Part shown: piece by piece, positions 26,838 to 39,748 of the stretch
Layout of the letters: every line of letters begins with the position of its first letter
Position numbering within the stretch: position 1 is the first letter of the stretch
Assembly (NCBI GenBank): GCA_003344405.1
Contig: NOWV01000018.1
Location: 620,001-684,000, forward strand
DNA: 64,000 nt
Direction: 5' to 3'
Source: Trichoplax sp. H2
Taxonomy: Eukaryota
The notes under the pieces: generated by a model
The model's input: only the letters and a program-made list of their open reading frames with translations
Told to the model about the DNA's origin: nothing
The model's database searches: none
Program-made: the position numbers and the translations under genes

Positions 26838-28477
26838 TTAATTGTGATCTGAATAAATAGCGCCAAGTACACCGCCAATCACAATATCCCCTTGATCTGA
26901 AAATGGATATTCAACAACATCAGTTTAATTCAGTAGTTTTTATATATTAAATTTAAGTATATAATAATATTGTACACACAACAAAATATTATCATCAAAC
27001 TATTGTAAGTATTAGGTTGTACGATAAATATAATAATTTCTAATTGTTCATAGAAAGTTTAGCGGAGATTATAGTGCAAAATTGACTGTGATCTAGAATC
27101 TAAACTCATGTGCAGTACGAGTACAGTAAGCCTATTTCATATTATTGTTATTATCATATTAGAGTAGAAGGGCAAAATACGATAATTTTACTAGGTCAGC
27201 TTGTAGAGCTATTTGTATCCACGAACTCCTTAGAGCTGCAGAAATGTACGTACATTGTCGAGTTGACATTATTTATCAGATATCGCCTTAGAAGCTATTA
27301 GATTATCAAGATAAATTGAAACTTTATTTATCATCACCTTTATTTGTAGGTCCAAAACTTTCTCGTGCATCGCTTGAAAACCGCATTATAGGTTGAGTAT
27401 TATTTATTCTGTAATAAATCAACCAACCAAAATTTTTTCATCAGCTTTTCTAAATGAAATACCCTGTTCCTAATTAAGAACCTCTATTACGGTGTAGCTA
27501 CATACTTAATAACGGAAATATGTTTTTAAGTTTAGATGCATTTACAGTTGCGCGGTATAATTTTGCATCATATCTACACTAGTAGTAACATACAGCACGG
27601 AGGTATTGAATAATAAACATAGTAGAGGACGCTAAATTCATCTACGAAAAGAGAGAATTTCAATGGAAATCTTACATTCCACTGAGGATGTAATTATTAT
27701 CACTATTAGAACGGCTTTTGCTGCCTATCCCTAAGAATTCATGTAATACGGCATTGATTTTTCTATCGCCACGGCTTACTATATCCTAATATGTAAAATT
27801 GCAAATAGCAAAAATTATTACTGAAAATGAAAACTATACAATCTATATAGTAAACAATGAAAACGAGGAGCAATAATATCATTAACAATTGATAATTGAG
27901 AATATTAATCACGTAAGTCATTACCTGTAAATAAATTTCTAATAATTTTCGACGAGTTTCAACGACTTTAGGGTTATTTTTCATTAATGTTCTTTTAGGA
28001 AACTTTGGTAAATTTCGACAGACATCTTTTAACTGTCAGGTTCCGTAGTTTGTGTTGTTTCGATTATTACCAAATATGCCAATTTATTGAAACAATCCAC
28101 AATTATTATTATTATCACCTCTGTTGTATAACCTGCTAATTCTGATAATTTGGCTATCGCGTAGATATTTATGAAACTGATCTTTAAGCTATTCGATGGA
28201 GAGCTTTAATGAGACCAACACTATTTACTAAATCTTACTATACTTAATGAGCTTACCGATTTATGAAGATCTAGGAATTCACTATAACGTTTTTCAATAA
28301 TTTGTAGTGCTGTGCCTTCCACAATTTCAATTGCATATGCCTAGTATGAAGGAAGAAGAAAGGATTACAGTTTGAAAACTATTTTGCTACAACATATAAA
28401 CGGTGTAATAAACTCACGGTATAAGCAGAGAATCCAGTATGGACTTCACGAGCATTACGTATATCTATTTCAATCAT
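26838..28477 (-). CDS. SNX24: Sorting nexin 24/22 (PX-only sorting nexin); 6 coding exons
   Basis: MIEIDIRNAREVHTGFSAYT|AYAIEIVEG...IEKRYSEFLDLHKS|LKDVCRNLPKFPKR...PKVVETRRKLLEIYLQ, then TQPIMRF and terminal DIVIGGVLGAIY. The last two match the SNX24 tail motifs HQPVLLF and NVVIEGVLHGIF. An in-frame TAA lies upstream of the ATG. Confidence 0.85.
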
Positions 28478-29974
28478 TTTTACCTTCAATTTAGCCCGAC
28501 CTTGATTTACTTAATATTCTGCAAGTTAGACATAGAAGCAAAGTTAACATGACATATCTATGCCAATATGCAATCAAGAATCAAGGTCAATATTAATCAA
28601 GATGCTGCCGGGTAGTACAGCAGTATCATGCCTTCATTATCGGAAACTAGCACACTATAAATAAATTCCTTAACCATACATCAACATCAGAAGTGCGTAG
28701 CCTTCTTGATTCAATTACTTCTTTTAAAATATCTTTGCTAGTACAGTTTACGTAATCATGATGTGTTGCATATGTACTACTAAGTGCAGTATTAACAACC
28801 CTGGGTTGATTGCTACAAAAGTAAGCGTTGATATGCGTATACGAGTATCATTATTTTCTGATTAATCTCTTTCATGATATAGCTCTGCACATTACAGAAT
28901 GCTGCTGTACGGTGTACAATATAAGAGAAAAAGGAAATGTTGCGGGTAGCTTGCGATGTTATAAGGTCATCTTTGACCCTTGTAATATGGATGATATTAT
29001 TATATAAAGTACTGGCACCGGCCGTCTGCCGATCTAACAAGGAACTTGTAAGAGAAGTTGATACAGTCATGTTGAAATGACTATCATTAATTAACTCTCA
29101 ATATGCACAGTATAAGTAATTCGAATGGGCAACATTTAATCAGTTACTAGCTTACTAATTTATACAAGCCCTTCAAACAGGCTGATTCTGATTCCATTTG
29201 TTCAAGTTTACTGTAATGTCTATACTGCATAAACAAGCGTTGAAGATGCAGTACAATATTGGACTACTGTATTACGATTCAGATTGTCTGAGGGAACTGC
29301 CTATTCTTCGGACTGAGTTCTATCAGACGATATCATTCAAGGCATTTTAAGCAGTTTACTGAAATCGTTCCTCTTCTTCTTCTTACTACGGTAGTAAGCT
29401 ATGCTGCTGTCTACAAATGTTGACTTGATAAAATTAAGAGTTCATTAAATGATCACTTTCCATTGTTCATCCATACGTACGCTATTCATTCTTTTAATTA
29501 CTACATTATGCTTAAAGATAGAGTAGACAGGATCATGAAAATAACCTTCAACTAGTTCTGCGTTACTACTAGCTTGAAGAACGCCAGTAATGATGATCGG
29601 TGCCTGTAACTCTAGAGAACTACAGTACAGTACACCGTGATTCCTGGATAAAGATGGAACGATTACAGTAGGCCATCATCATTGATTCCAAATCAGAAAT
29701 TAACAACAGCTCGTATTAACCTTATCGTTGGCAGTAGGTACGAATTGAATGGATATTCTTCGTTGACATTCAAGAGGCTAATGGAGGAAATGGGCTGCTA
29801 TCATGATATTCAAGTGGAGATTGTCCCAATGAATTAGAAACCAAAGTCGATTGAAAAATCGCCGGCTCTTCAATCACGCTATGGTACTGAAGGACAGAGT
29901 GTACGGAATCAACTAACCCAAGCTGCTACCGGAGTATCCTCCTCATTCAATTACTCTACCACTGGGACTCTGGT

Positions 29975-30006
29975 CATGGGACTTCTAGGAGATCTAGAAG
30001 TCCATG
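29975..30006. other. Perfect 10-bp-stem hairpin (ggacttctag-gagat-ctagaagtcc)
   Basis: Arms at 29979-29988 and 29994-30003 are exact reverse complements. It shares a 16-mer with the hairpin at 39342. Confidence 0.7.
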
Positions 30007-32132
30007 CTGTAGTATTGTATAACATATATCCATTTGTCCAGGAATGGACGAATGGACCTTTAAATAAATAAATGAACTTGTAATAAAAGAATAGAAAAAA
30101 CTATAGACTACGGTAGTACCATAATGATGTGATAGCGCAAGGACAAATGTCGATATTGTAGATATACGCTATGCCATCGAACCCTAATCGGGCAGGGCAG
30201 GTGTCAATTTGATCCAAATCCTTTTCACTAGTACAGACTGTGGACATCAGTACAATAAAAATTTTCCAACTTTTTTACCAGTCCTGTCCCGCCATTACAC
30301 CTCATTACTTAATTAACAGCTAATCCAAATACGACAGTACTACAGCTTAATATTCATGCACCAATGTTAATCTATAGTACAAAGTTCGAAAATCAACTAT
30401 CCGACTTTACAGTTTTTAAGTTAATTAAGGGGGACGGGGATACAAAGGCTTTCCGCGTTACTGAGAAATATACAATTCGGCCATTATTGGCTATGCAAAT
30501 ACACTTTTAGGCACAATACTGTACAATGTACCGTCCTATGTACAGTGTACATACAGATAATGTACAGTACAGCACCGTATTAGTCCATATGCATCATTAC
30601 TAGTCCTAGACTTTCTAGAAACTTGAAACTTTTAGCGGAAAGCACTCTTGCAAAGTCTAAAATATCGTAAATGCTTTTGATATATTTGGCACTACACTGT
30701 GGCCAGGGATCACATTGATGAATGTGCCTGTGAATGCAGTACCGTTATTAAGGAATGACATCTCCATTCCTCGACTAGTCTAGGAATCATGGCGTACTGA
30801 GTATGTGCGATAGATGGACAGAGAGAAAAAAAATCCCCTTGGGCTAAGCGAATCATAGAACAAACAGTAAACCGTTAGTACAAGCCCTTAGGCATTGCCG
30901 TAGCGATAGTCCAAATGGTTTCATTCGCATTTCGCGCGTAAAAACTAAAAACATCTATCTTTTGTTTTCTACGTAACACTATATAGTGTAGAACTAACTC
31001 ACTTGTTCACTCAGGCAGCGCCTAATTGGATACTTCTCTATTACATCCATCGACGTACTACTATACTTCTGACAAGTATCAATACCGAAACAATTTACAC
31101 CTTTAGGACAGTATGCTACATCACCACCTTGCAAAATAATTATAGATATCCTATCCTGTAATTGGACAAACCAAACTATTAATTATTTACTATTAGTTTC
31201 ATCTAACATCGAATCGTAATAATTCAACGTTGAGCTGCTCATTCTAAAATAACAGTATAAAATTCAGATTCTCTTGTTGTCATCTAACCAACTTACTTTG
31301 AAGCCACAAAATGGCCATAACATGCAGGATGTTGCAATGACGATGATAAACAATCTCATTCGAAGGCACATACTTTTCTCACAACTATACGTTTTTCATT
31401 TTTTTTATTCATGACGTCATGAACATTTAATATGTCAGCTGTGAAACGCAAAAACAAGAGTAACTGAGACGAGATTTTTAACTACTGCTGTTCTTCTCAA
31501 TCTCAGTCTCTACACAGAAAGGTAAATAATTGCTAATTATCATTAATGTTACGGCTAAAATTAAAATTATTTGTACTTAATAATTAAGTATGGCTGGTGC
31601 TACTCTACTGTATAAAGTGCCTGTTTAATATCAAGAACACAATGTAATCTTATTAATCAGTATAGCTATATTATTACTCGATGGGAATATTCCTTTTTTT
31701 TGACAACCGGCCACAAGCCATACTTGAAATACCGTATGAAAGAACAAGAAACTCATTCGTAATAGTTGCAAATAGTCAATTACGGAAATATAGATTAAGT
31801 AATGTAGTAATTACTGGTATAACTAAATAAGAACATATAGCTACCATACTGTAAGGTAATTAATTATAAGAGGATTAACTCATCTACACCATACATTAAA
31901 AGCAAATAGCATACATCAAAGCTTATTGGCGTACTATTATCTACTGTAAATCTAATAAATGCCGAATGTTTCATGTGTCAAAACAAGACATACAAAACAA
32001 TACGCGGAAAACGAAACACAATTAAGCATAAAATTAAGGGGAAATTTTTGTTTTTCTCCGCTCGCAATTCTTTCCTTAAGTAACAGTAACTTGAATAGCT
32101 TTCCCTTTTTAAGACAGAATTATTCTGATCCT

Positions 32133-35100
32133 TTACATATAACTTTGCATGTTGTTATAGTTAGGTACACTTCTAAAACTGTCGCTGGGTCCAGCAGAAT
32201 TCATTCCACTATAGCCTGTAGAAGGCGCACTCGTATATGAAGATGTGCCGCTTTGGGATACACCAGACGACATATTACTGTAACTTGACTTTCCAGGGCC
32301 ATAGTTAGTAGCTTCTTGTCCGTAATTAGTGCCCATCGTTTGGTCTTAAACATCAAATAAATAAATCATAAGATACTTATTTTAATAACTGAGATATTAG
32401 CAGAATATATTTATACATGATTCTGACGAAATCAATGTTATCGCTCATATCAGGGTGACGGCTAATAAAGCGATATCAACGACACTCGCATTAATTAGTG
32501 ACTGTAATAAGAATAGGAGTTTATGTATGATAGTTACAGGGGTTGTATTTTAGCCGATAATTAAATTGTGATTATCTCATACTCTGTTAAATACTAAGTA
32601 AATAGCAAGCTCGATAAAGCACAAATTCAAGATTCATTTCTATGAACAGTGTACACCATAATCACTACACCTTGTATACCTTTGTATAAAAGTGATAGCG
32701 ATATTTTCGGGAAAATAAGAAACGCTATTATCTTTACAATTTGTAATAATTACTGTTAAAATAGACTCACCGTAAGCAAATGGATAGCCAGGTACAGCAT
32801 AATTTCCACCATAACCGTACGAACCATATCCATAGGAACCTAGCATACCACCACTATTACCATAAGGGCCTTCACGTAAAAAATAAATTCGTTACTCACG
32901 TGTAGTGAATCACGAATTATAAGTACTAATGACTAAACAGTAAACACTGTCCCTTAGGTACTCCGTAACAGCTAAGCAAAATTTAATCATGCTAGCCGTG
33001 CAGACAACTTAAGAGCTGATTGTTATACACCCCGTTTGACACTCAACAACATTGTATAGCTGACAAGTAACGCTCAGGGAGATGACATCAATTCTTTACA
33101 TTACAGCTCTATCATGGATTCATTATTTACCATATTGAGAAGTAAATTGCATATTAGGAAAGTTTCCACCTCCATACACATTAGATTGGCTACCTGGAAC
33201 ACCTCGATTTGCACTACGATCTTCGGCTAGTTTAACTTCGACCTGCAAATTCATTACAAAAGATATAATTACAAAAATCGACATAACGATGCAATTCATA
33301 ATTTAAAATGTTGAATTAATTATCAACTAGCTACAATTTAGATAACCGACCGATTTGCCATTAATATTATGGAAATGTACGCCACAAGTCTTTTTTACGG
33401 TCTCATCATTTTCAAAAGTTACAAATCCGAATCCTTTAAATAGAAGATGATGCTAATGAATCAAAAGAAACTAATGAAACAGTTTAAATTACTTAAAAAT
33501 ACCTCGCATTCGCTTCGTTGTTTTGTCGTACATAAGTTGGACATTTTTAACCTGAAAGAGTAATTGAATATGCATGCAAATGAATAATATTCTATTTTAA
33601 TTGAAAGATAATATCGCAAGTTAAGGAAGGTTCATACAATGCTACATTAATGAATCTATTTTACATTGAAAAACTACTAACCTGTCCGAAACTAGAGAAG
33701 TACTTTTTGATCTCATCTTCGCTTGTATTCTGGGCTACGCCACCGATAAACACTTTGTTCGTATTAACATTACTAGGGCTGGCCTAAGGGTTAATAGTAT
33801 GCAGTCAGTCAGTTACTTTAGCTACGGTAACAAATTCTTTAACAACTCCTTATAGATCTTAATAACAACAGATATTGTACCTGGGGTGCAGGTTGTCCCT
33901 TTTGAACAGCCGGTTTAGGGTCAATCTGAATAATAAAAGTATAAAAAGCTTAGGTTTTTGATCCAATAGGACAAAGTAGTACTAAAGAATTCAATCCATA
34001 CTTGTTTGCCATCTAATAAATGTGGACCAGCATTTAATACAGAATTAACACAACCAGGATCTTCGAAAGTTACAAAACCAAAGCCCCTTTATGGAATAGA
34101 GATAAGTAAGCATAAGTAGTTAGTCTTCTTGTGTAACCTGGTTCACAAGCTACGAATAGGAATGGTTGTAATAACGATAGATTAAGCCAGCCAGCCAGCC
34201 AGTATACTCAGGTAATCGCTTAGCTTTATATGTTTAAGATTTAAATATCTTACAAACCCTATACAGTATTAATTTATCGTAAAGCGATCAAGCAGAACCG
34301 TGCAAGTGTAGATATACAGTAAACATACACAAAGCAAAATCTATATGTGAATAGTTTTGATCCTGCATTAGCGTTGTAATCAACTCAACAAGGTCGGATA
34401 AAAAGCTACGCGATAGCTAATACTGAGATACAATCAAAGGAATGATATATCCAAAGTTAAGAATTTTACTGAGACAAATCAGTTGTCCAGTTACTACTAC
34501 GGTCGGCGCAGTTCTTTCTATCGAGACTAGCAAGTATATACTTTAGAGATGTATAAGCATGCAGCACGAAATTAAAAAAAAAATGGAAATATTACAAGAG
34601 TGGTGTAGGATAATTGAATAGGTGTTCAACTATCATAGACAACTACAAGACTTGCAGTTATAACGCAATCCGGTAATAGAACTGACTAGTGATCACCATT
34701 ATATCTTATACTAAACTTCAAACCAATATCAGCTAACTTTCACCCGATTAAATCCTTCTGTACTGTACATTACAATATCGCATTTTTTTCATGCTTCTAA
34801 AAGTAACACTATATTTGACACTTTAAAAACTACATTACCAAATTAAACTATTATAAATAGGACTTCTTTACAAATATGGGAAATAGTAAGATTAATGACT
34901 ACAAGTTACGTTATTAATTGATTCAATAATGACAAATCCTACCTGGAACGTTGTGTTACGGGATCCTTCTTGATAACACAATCCGAAACATTTCCGTATT
35001 TATTAAAGAATTTTTTCATGCTATCTACAATGTTGAAATGCAGACATGATATTATCATTTTATATATAACACACCAAACGTAAGCAACACCAAAGTCGAA

Positions 35101-36936
35101 ATTGCAATAGTTGTCTAGTGTTGTTGAGAAACATATTATACGACTACAATTGCAACTCAATACGGTGTCAACTACCAACTAGAAAATGATAAATCACATT
35201 CGATATCACTAGTACTTGTCCTATCCTACTGTTCCGTTATTAACGGAGCATTGCATATTCCAGGTGTACGCCTTTGCAGCAATTTTGAGCTAAGGTAGAC
35301 TACTACCATAAAACTACCACTATCATCAACGGAATGGTGACAATACTACTTTCACATATTTGTAATGAAGACCGCCGCATCGTGATTAGCAGGCGGACAA
35401 ATCAATTCCTATTAATTACATAGCAAATACAACATTACTACTATACTCAATCTAATACGGTCATTGTCATCAAAGTAGAGTAAGTGAGAAGGCATTGCAT
35501 CTTACCTGAATCTGTGTCCGGGTGTAAACCTCCGACGAAAATTTTTCTATAGATATAATTTGAACAGCAAAGAATAACGGTTTAAGAGTTGCATTTATTC
35601 ACAATGCAAGGTAGCAAGCAATTCGAATACTATTTTACGTCAGTTCTTTTTCACGGGCGTAAAAGACGTATACTATATCAGACATATTTGGAGCAGAGGA
35701 GAGTCAAAAAAAGGATCCATAAAAGGGAATCATGGAATATTGTACTACTTTGCAACGGTGTTTCTATGTTTGTCGGACAAATCAATCACTAGTAAGGAGA
35801 TGGTAGTGCATTCGGTCAAGAGAATTTAGTAAGGCAATTCTATGAAAAGGAGTACATATTTGTGTGTTAAAACGAAGTTCTTAACAAGGTGATCGGTTCT
35901 GTACATAGTATAGGCACCATGCATCCATTGAAGGTAAAAAATATCACCAATTTTCCAATTCTAGCTGTTCCAGAAAGTAACGTCATGGAAACTACAATAC
36001 TAAGACATCGCCGACAAAGCGGCGCTAAACGTCGATACAGTAACGCGATGACATTGTAATGAAAGAGAGCGGGCATTTTACGCACCAACAAAATTCAATT
36101 ATATCCGAAATGATAAGTTTATCGCTACAAATTGGAGTTTTGAAAAGCTAAATGGCCATCTGTAGAGTATACGTTCTATGTAAGGAAAAAGGGTTGGAAA
36201 GATTGCGTCGTATGAGTCTGCACGAGTTCCTTTTAGTTTTGACCATTGCCGTCTTTTAGGCGGTTCACACATCAGCGTTTGATACACTACACGCGAGCAA
36301 CAATATCTTTGGCCAGGGTGAGTATGGATGCGCATGCTATGACAGTAGAATCCATTCGATCCTATCGCTACTAGTCATTCCAGTCTTCAACTAGGTCAAA
36401 TTGGACATGTTAAGATAGGGTAGAAGACCTGTACAATTTTTTAAAATCCAATTTTAGCCGTTACTAGAGACAGTAAAGCTTTGCAGTTAGCCACGTCGAA
36501 AGGGATCATGTTGGCTTGATCCATAGCTACAGATACATGTCATACCATTACATACTACCGTACACAATGTATAGTCCAGTACACGACGCGTCAGGGAACA
36601 ATTACGGCTAAAAAGGATGATTGCTATTCTCTATCGAGTGGAGAAAATGAAGTTGTAATGCAGAAACGAGTTTATATTCCAAAAAATTGGTAAAGTAAGA
36701 GCTATTATCGCTAATTATGGATCATTTCTAATGGAGCCACATGCACGAGTGAGTGAGTAATCGTCGGGATGGAACGATCATCAACCGTAGTAAAAATCAT
36801 GACATAAAAGGCCCCACGTGCAAACGCCTTCAAGTAGGATAGTGGATGCATTCTACACATTGAACATGTAGTAAATTGAACTTTGATAAAAATGAAAAAC
36901 ATGTAGTACTTACCCAGTATCATTATCTCGACTCAT
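32133..36936 (-). CDS. DAZAP1: DAZ-associated protein 1 / hrp48-like hnRNP (2 RRMs plus Gly/Tyr-rich tail); 11 exons
   Basis: [100 protein letters not shown]...[18 protein letters not shown], and EATNYGP in the tail. IDPKP and HFH.I.GK favour DAZAP1 over Musashi. Confidence 0.85.
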
Positions 36937-37062
36937 TATGGAATTCTTGTAAGCAAAATTAAATCTTTAAACAATCCGTAAAAGTCAGTTTACCTAAAGT
37001 ATACAGTATATGCAATTTTTTACACAATTACAATTAATTTTACTGTACTGACTACTAACATC

Positions 37063-37163
37063 AAAGATGGCAGCTCAGTATAAGCTGCAAATTGGCAAAT
37101 GACAACCGTTGCGGGAAAGCTCCCGTTGACTTATGGGTAAAGGCCTCGTCTTCAATTTCGCGC
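37063..37163. promoter_or_regulatory. Probable DAZAP1 promoter/5' region with YY1-like (aaagatggcagc, 37063) and E2F-like (gcgggaaa near 37111; tttcgcgc near 37156) motifs
   Basis: Consensus matches 130-230 bp upstream of the DAZAP1 ATG in CpG-richer sequence. Motif matches only. Confidence 0.4.
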
Positions 37164-37364
37164 ACCTGTATCATACACTATGGTATGAAATCAACCGCCG
37201 TACGATTGTGGATTTTGCACAATGCGGTATGACTGGTATACAATACAGTGTAGAAGGGTGCACAAGGAATTGTCTGTTTCGGCGCTTACATGCTTTCAAC
37301 TGCAACAGTGACGTGACGCTACGGTACGGCACGTTGTGCTTTCAAAAACTTTCAAAAAGTTGAC

Positions 37365-38965
37365 ACTGTACTGTACTGTACTGTACAATACAGTAAGGAA
37401 CAGGACAAATCCAGCATGTGCCCAGTTACAGTACTAAGTATTGTAGATGGGACAGCCGTACAGTACATGACTGTGTACAGTACAGTACTGTACGGTACAA
37501 ATCCAGCATGTTCACGGCTACAGTACTGTACGGAAAGAGAAATAACCATGCGGAAAATTGAGCCGTTGTGTACTGTACAGTACAGTACAGTACTGTACTG
37601 TAAAAATCCAGCCTGCTGACGACTACAGTACTAAAATACTGTACACTGTACAGTGCAATACAGTACAGTACAATCATGCAGAAAATTGAGCTGTTCTGTA
37701 CGCAAGCGCTGTACTGTACAGTACACAAATCCAGCATGTGCACAGCTACAGTACTAAAGTACTGTACACTGTACAGTACAGTCATACAGTACTGTACTGT
37801 ACAGTACAGTACAGTACCGCGACGCTTCCACGCATTGTACTGTACGATACAGTAGTGTAGCGTAGCGAAATACTGTAACCAAGCGGAAAAATGGAGCTGT
37901 TGTGTACAGTACGTACAGTGCATCGTACGGTACAGTACTGTACTGTACTGTACCGCAAGCGACGTACACGTGTTGTAAAATTATGAAAGATTTTTCCCCC
38001 CTTTTTTCCTAGCCTAATCACGACGTCAATGATCTACTATGCAGTACCCAGTGCTGTACCGTACCGGAGTAGTTGCAATGTAAACACTACTCAACTACTT
38101 GAGATAGATTGGCCGCTTGATGAAATTTGACAGTGTTGCAATAATCTTTGAATGCACACGTGCTGTAAAAGATCAATTTTTCTCTACAGTAACGCCACTA
38201 AACTGAATTCTTTCTGAAGTTAATCTATACTGCGATTTATTTTATTTTACTGTACTTTCAAACGCATGCACAACAGAATTCAACAGCGCATTTCTTCCTC
38301 AACTTACTGCCAAGCAGACGCTGAGTAACAGCATAGTTAGTACATCCGAAATGATCGATGTAGTTCAATTACAGTAGTACAGTATAATAACTTATTCTAC
38401 AACTGTACTATCCCTCGCTCGTGTATTATTTCCTTTTTTCTCATTTTCTTTTCTTTTATTTATTTTATTTTATTTTATAAATTTAGTCTGCAAAGTGGAT
38501 CAGGGCCAAACCAGACCATAAAGACTTCTACAGTATATACTGTACTGTAGTCTTTCCGTACAGTACAGTACAGTACTGGACACTGTACCACGTACAGTAC
38601 AGTACACTGAACCGTACCAAAGAGTCTAGGGACTACTCATTTAAAAGATTTCCCCTCAAAAGCAGTAACTAAAAAATTTCCAAAATTTCCCAAATTTTTA
38701 GTTGACGGCAGAGGTCTGCAATGAGCTTAGAGGATTAGACTGCTGACGTCTGGTTGACCGCTTTTGAGGGGGAACTCCTAGTTGAATAGTCGTTGACTTC
38801 ACAATAATGCACATACAGTACAGTACTGTGTACTGTACAGTACACTGTACAGTACAGTATTTTAAAAGTCTACAGTATACAAATGCTACAGTACTGTACT
38901 GTACAGTACAGTATGTCTCACTCCGAAATTACAGTGTGCTGTACTGTACACTGTACAGTACAGTC
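37365..38965. repeat. (CAGTA)n/(TACTG)n-rich complex satellite-like region in blocks (about 37365-37955, 38525-38620, 38810-38965)
   Basis: Dense runs of acagt and actgt in alternating orientation form acagtactgt and actgtacagt palindromes. They produce the spurious YSTVLYCTVQ ORFs in the track. Confidence 0.9.
38649..38774. mobile_element. Inverted-repeat element of about 125 bp (MITE-like)
   Basis: Left end tttcccctcaaaagcagtaacta versus reverse complement of the right end ttccccctcaaaagcggtcaacca (12-bp exact core cccctcaaaagc). Internal gttgac repeats. No clear target-site duplication. Confidence 0.5.
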
Positions 38966-39341
38966 AATGCACCGGAAACTCTCGGATAGACAGACAGAAT
39001 TCTTGAAACCAAATGTATCCAAAATATCCAAGTACTACAGTAAGTACTACAGTAAGTGCTGTACTTACAGATCTTCTGTATCTATTTTTCTTACTTGTAG
39101 CAATTGAAGAATATTCTTGACTTTATATAACTGTTTTGAAGCAGAACTTAGTAAAATAGAAGAGATTTCAATAGAATATTACTTGATTGAGAAAAATAAG
39201 CGAATAACAGAATCGAGCAACCGCTTAAGGATATTACAACGAATAGAAATGTTTGGAACAGTATACAGTACATACTGTACAGAATGACAAAATATCCGAC
39301 CGTCCGAGTAGGGTTTCCTGTCCAAGTGTCCATATAGCCAC

Positions 39342-39370
39342 GGACTTCTAGATCTCCGGAAGATCTAGAA
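39342..39370. other. Perfect 10-bp-stem hairpin (ttctagatct-ccgga-agatctagaa) upstream of COMMD10
   Basis: Arms at 39346-39355 and 39361-39370 are exact reverse complements. Confidence 0.7.
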
Positions 39371-39748
39371 CCTCCTTTAATGGTCCATGGTAGTAGTGAA
39401 TACTTAGTAGATTATGGTAATGATCATGATCGCTGTGAGCCAGTGAGAGCACATGAACACTTTCGTCAGTAGTGACTGAGTAGACGACTGTGGTCGTAGA
39501 CTCGCAGTCCGGTCTGTCCGGGACTCGTTGTCCCCACACGGACTCTGATATGATACAGTACAGTACCAGTAACACAAGTACTGTACAGTATTGCTAAAGT
39601 AGTCCAGGACAGTACCTTGGCTCAAATTTGATATTACTTTAACTTCACGTAATTTATCAGAGCATTGCAACTTTGCAAGTGAAGCCGAACCACAACTTGT
39701 AGATTGCCGAGATTTGATTCAACTTCTTTTATACTTAAAATTAAAAAA

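Noticed and set aside
30185-30445. GC-rich short inverted motifs (cgggcagg / cctgtcccg, gggggacgggga) as a MITE or ncRNA
   Set aside because: The arms are too short and imperfect, and no tRNA, snRNA or snoRNA signature is recognisable.
37352-38021. Overlapping ORFs rich in YSTVLYCTVQ
   Set aside because: They are translations of the CAGTA/TACTG repeat, open on both strands, with no splice or domain support.
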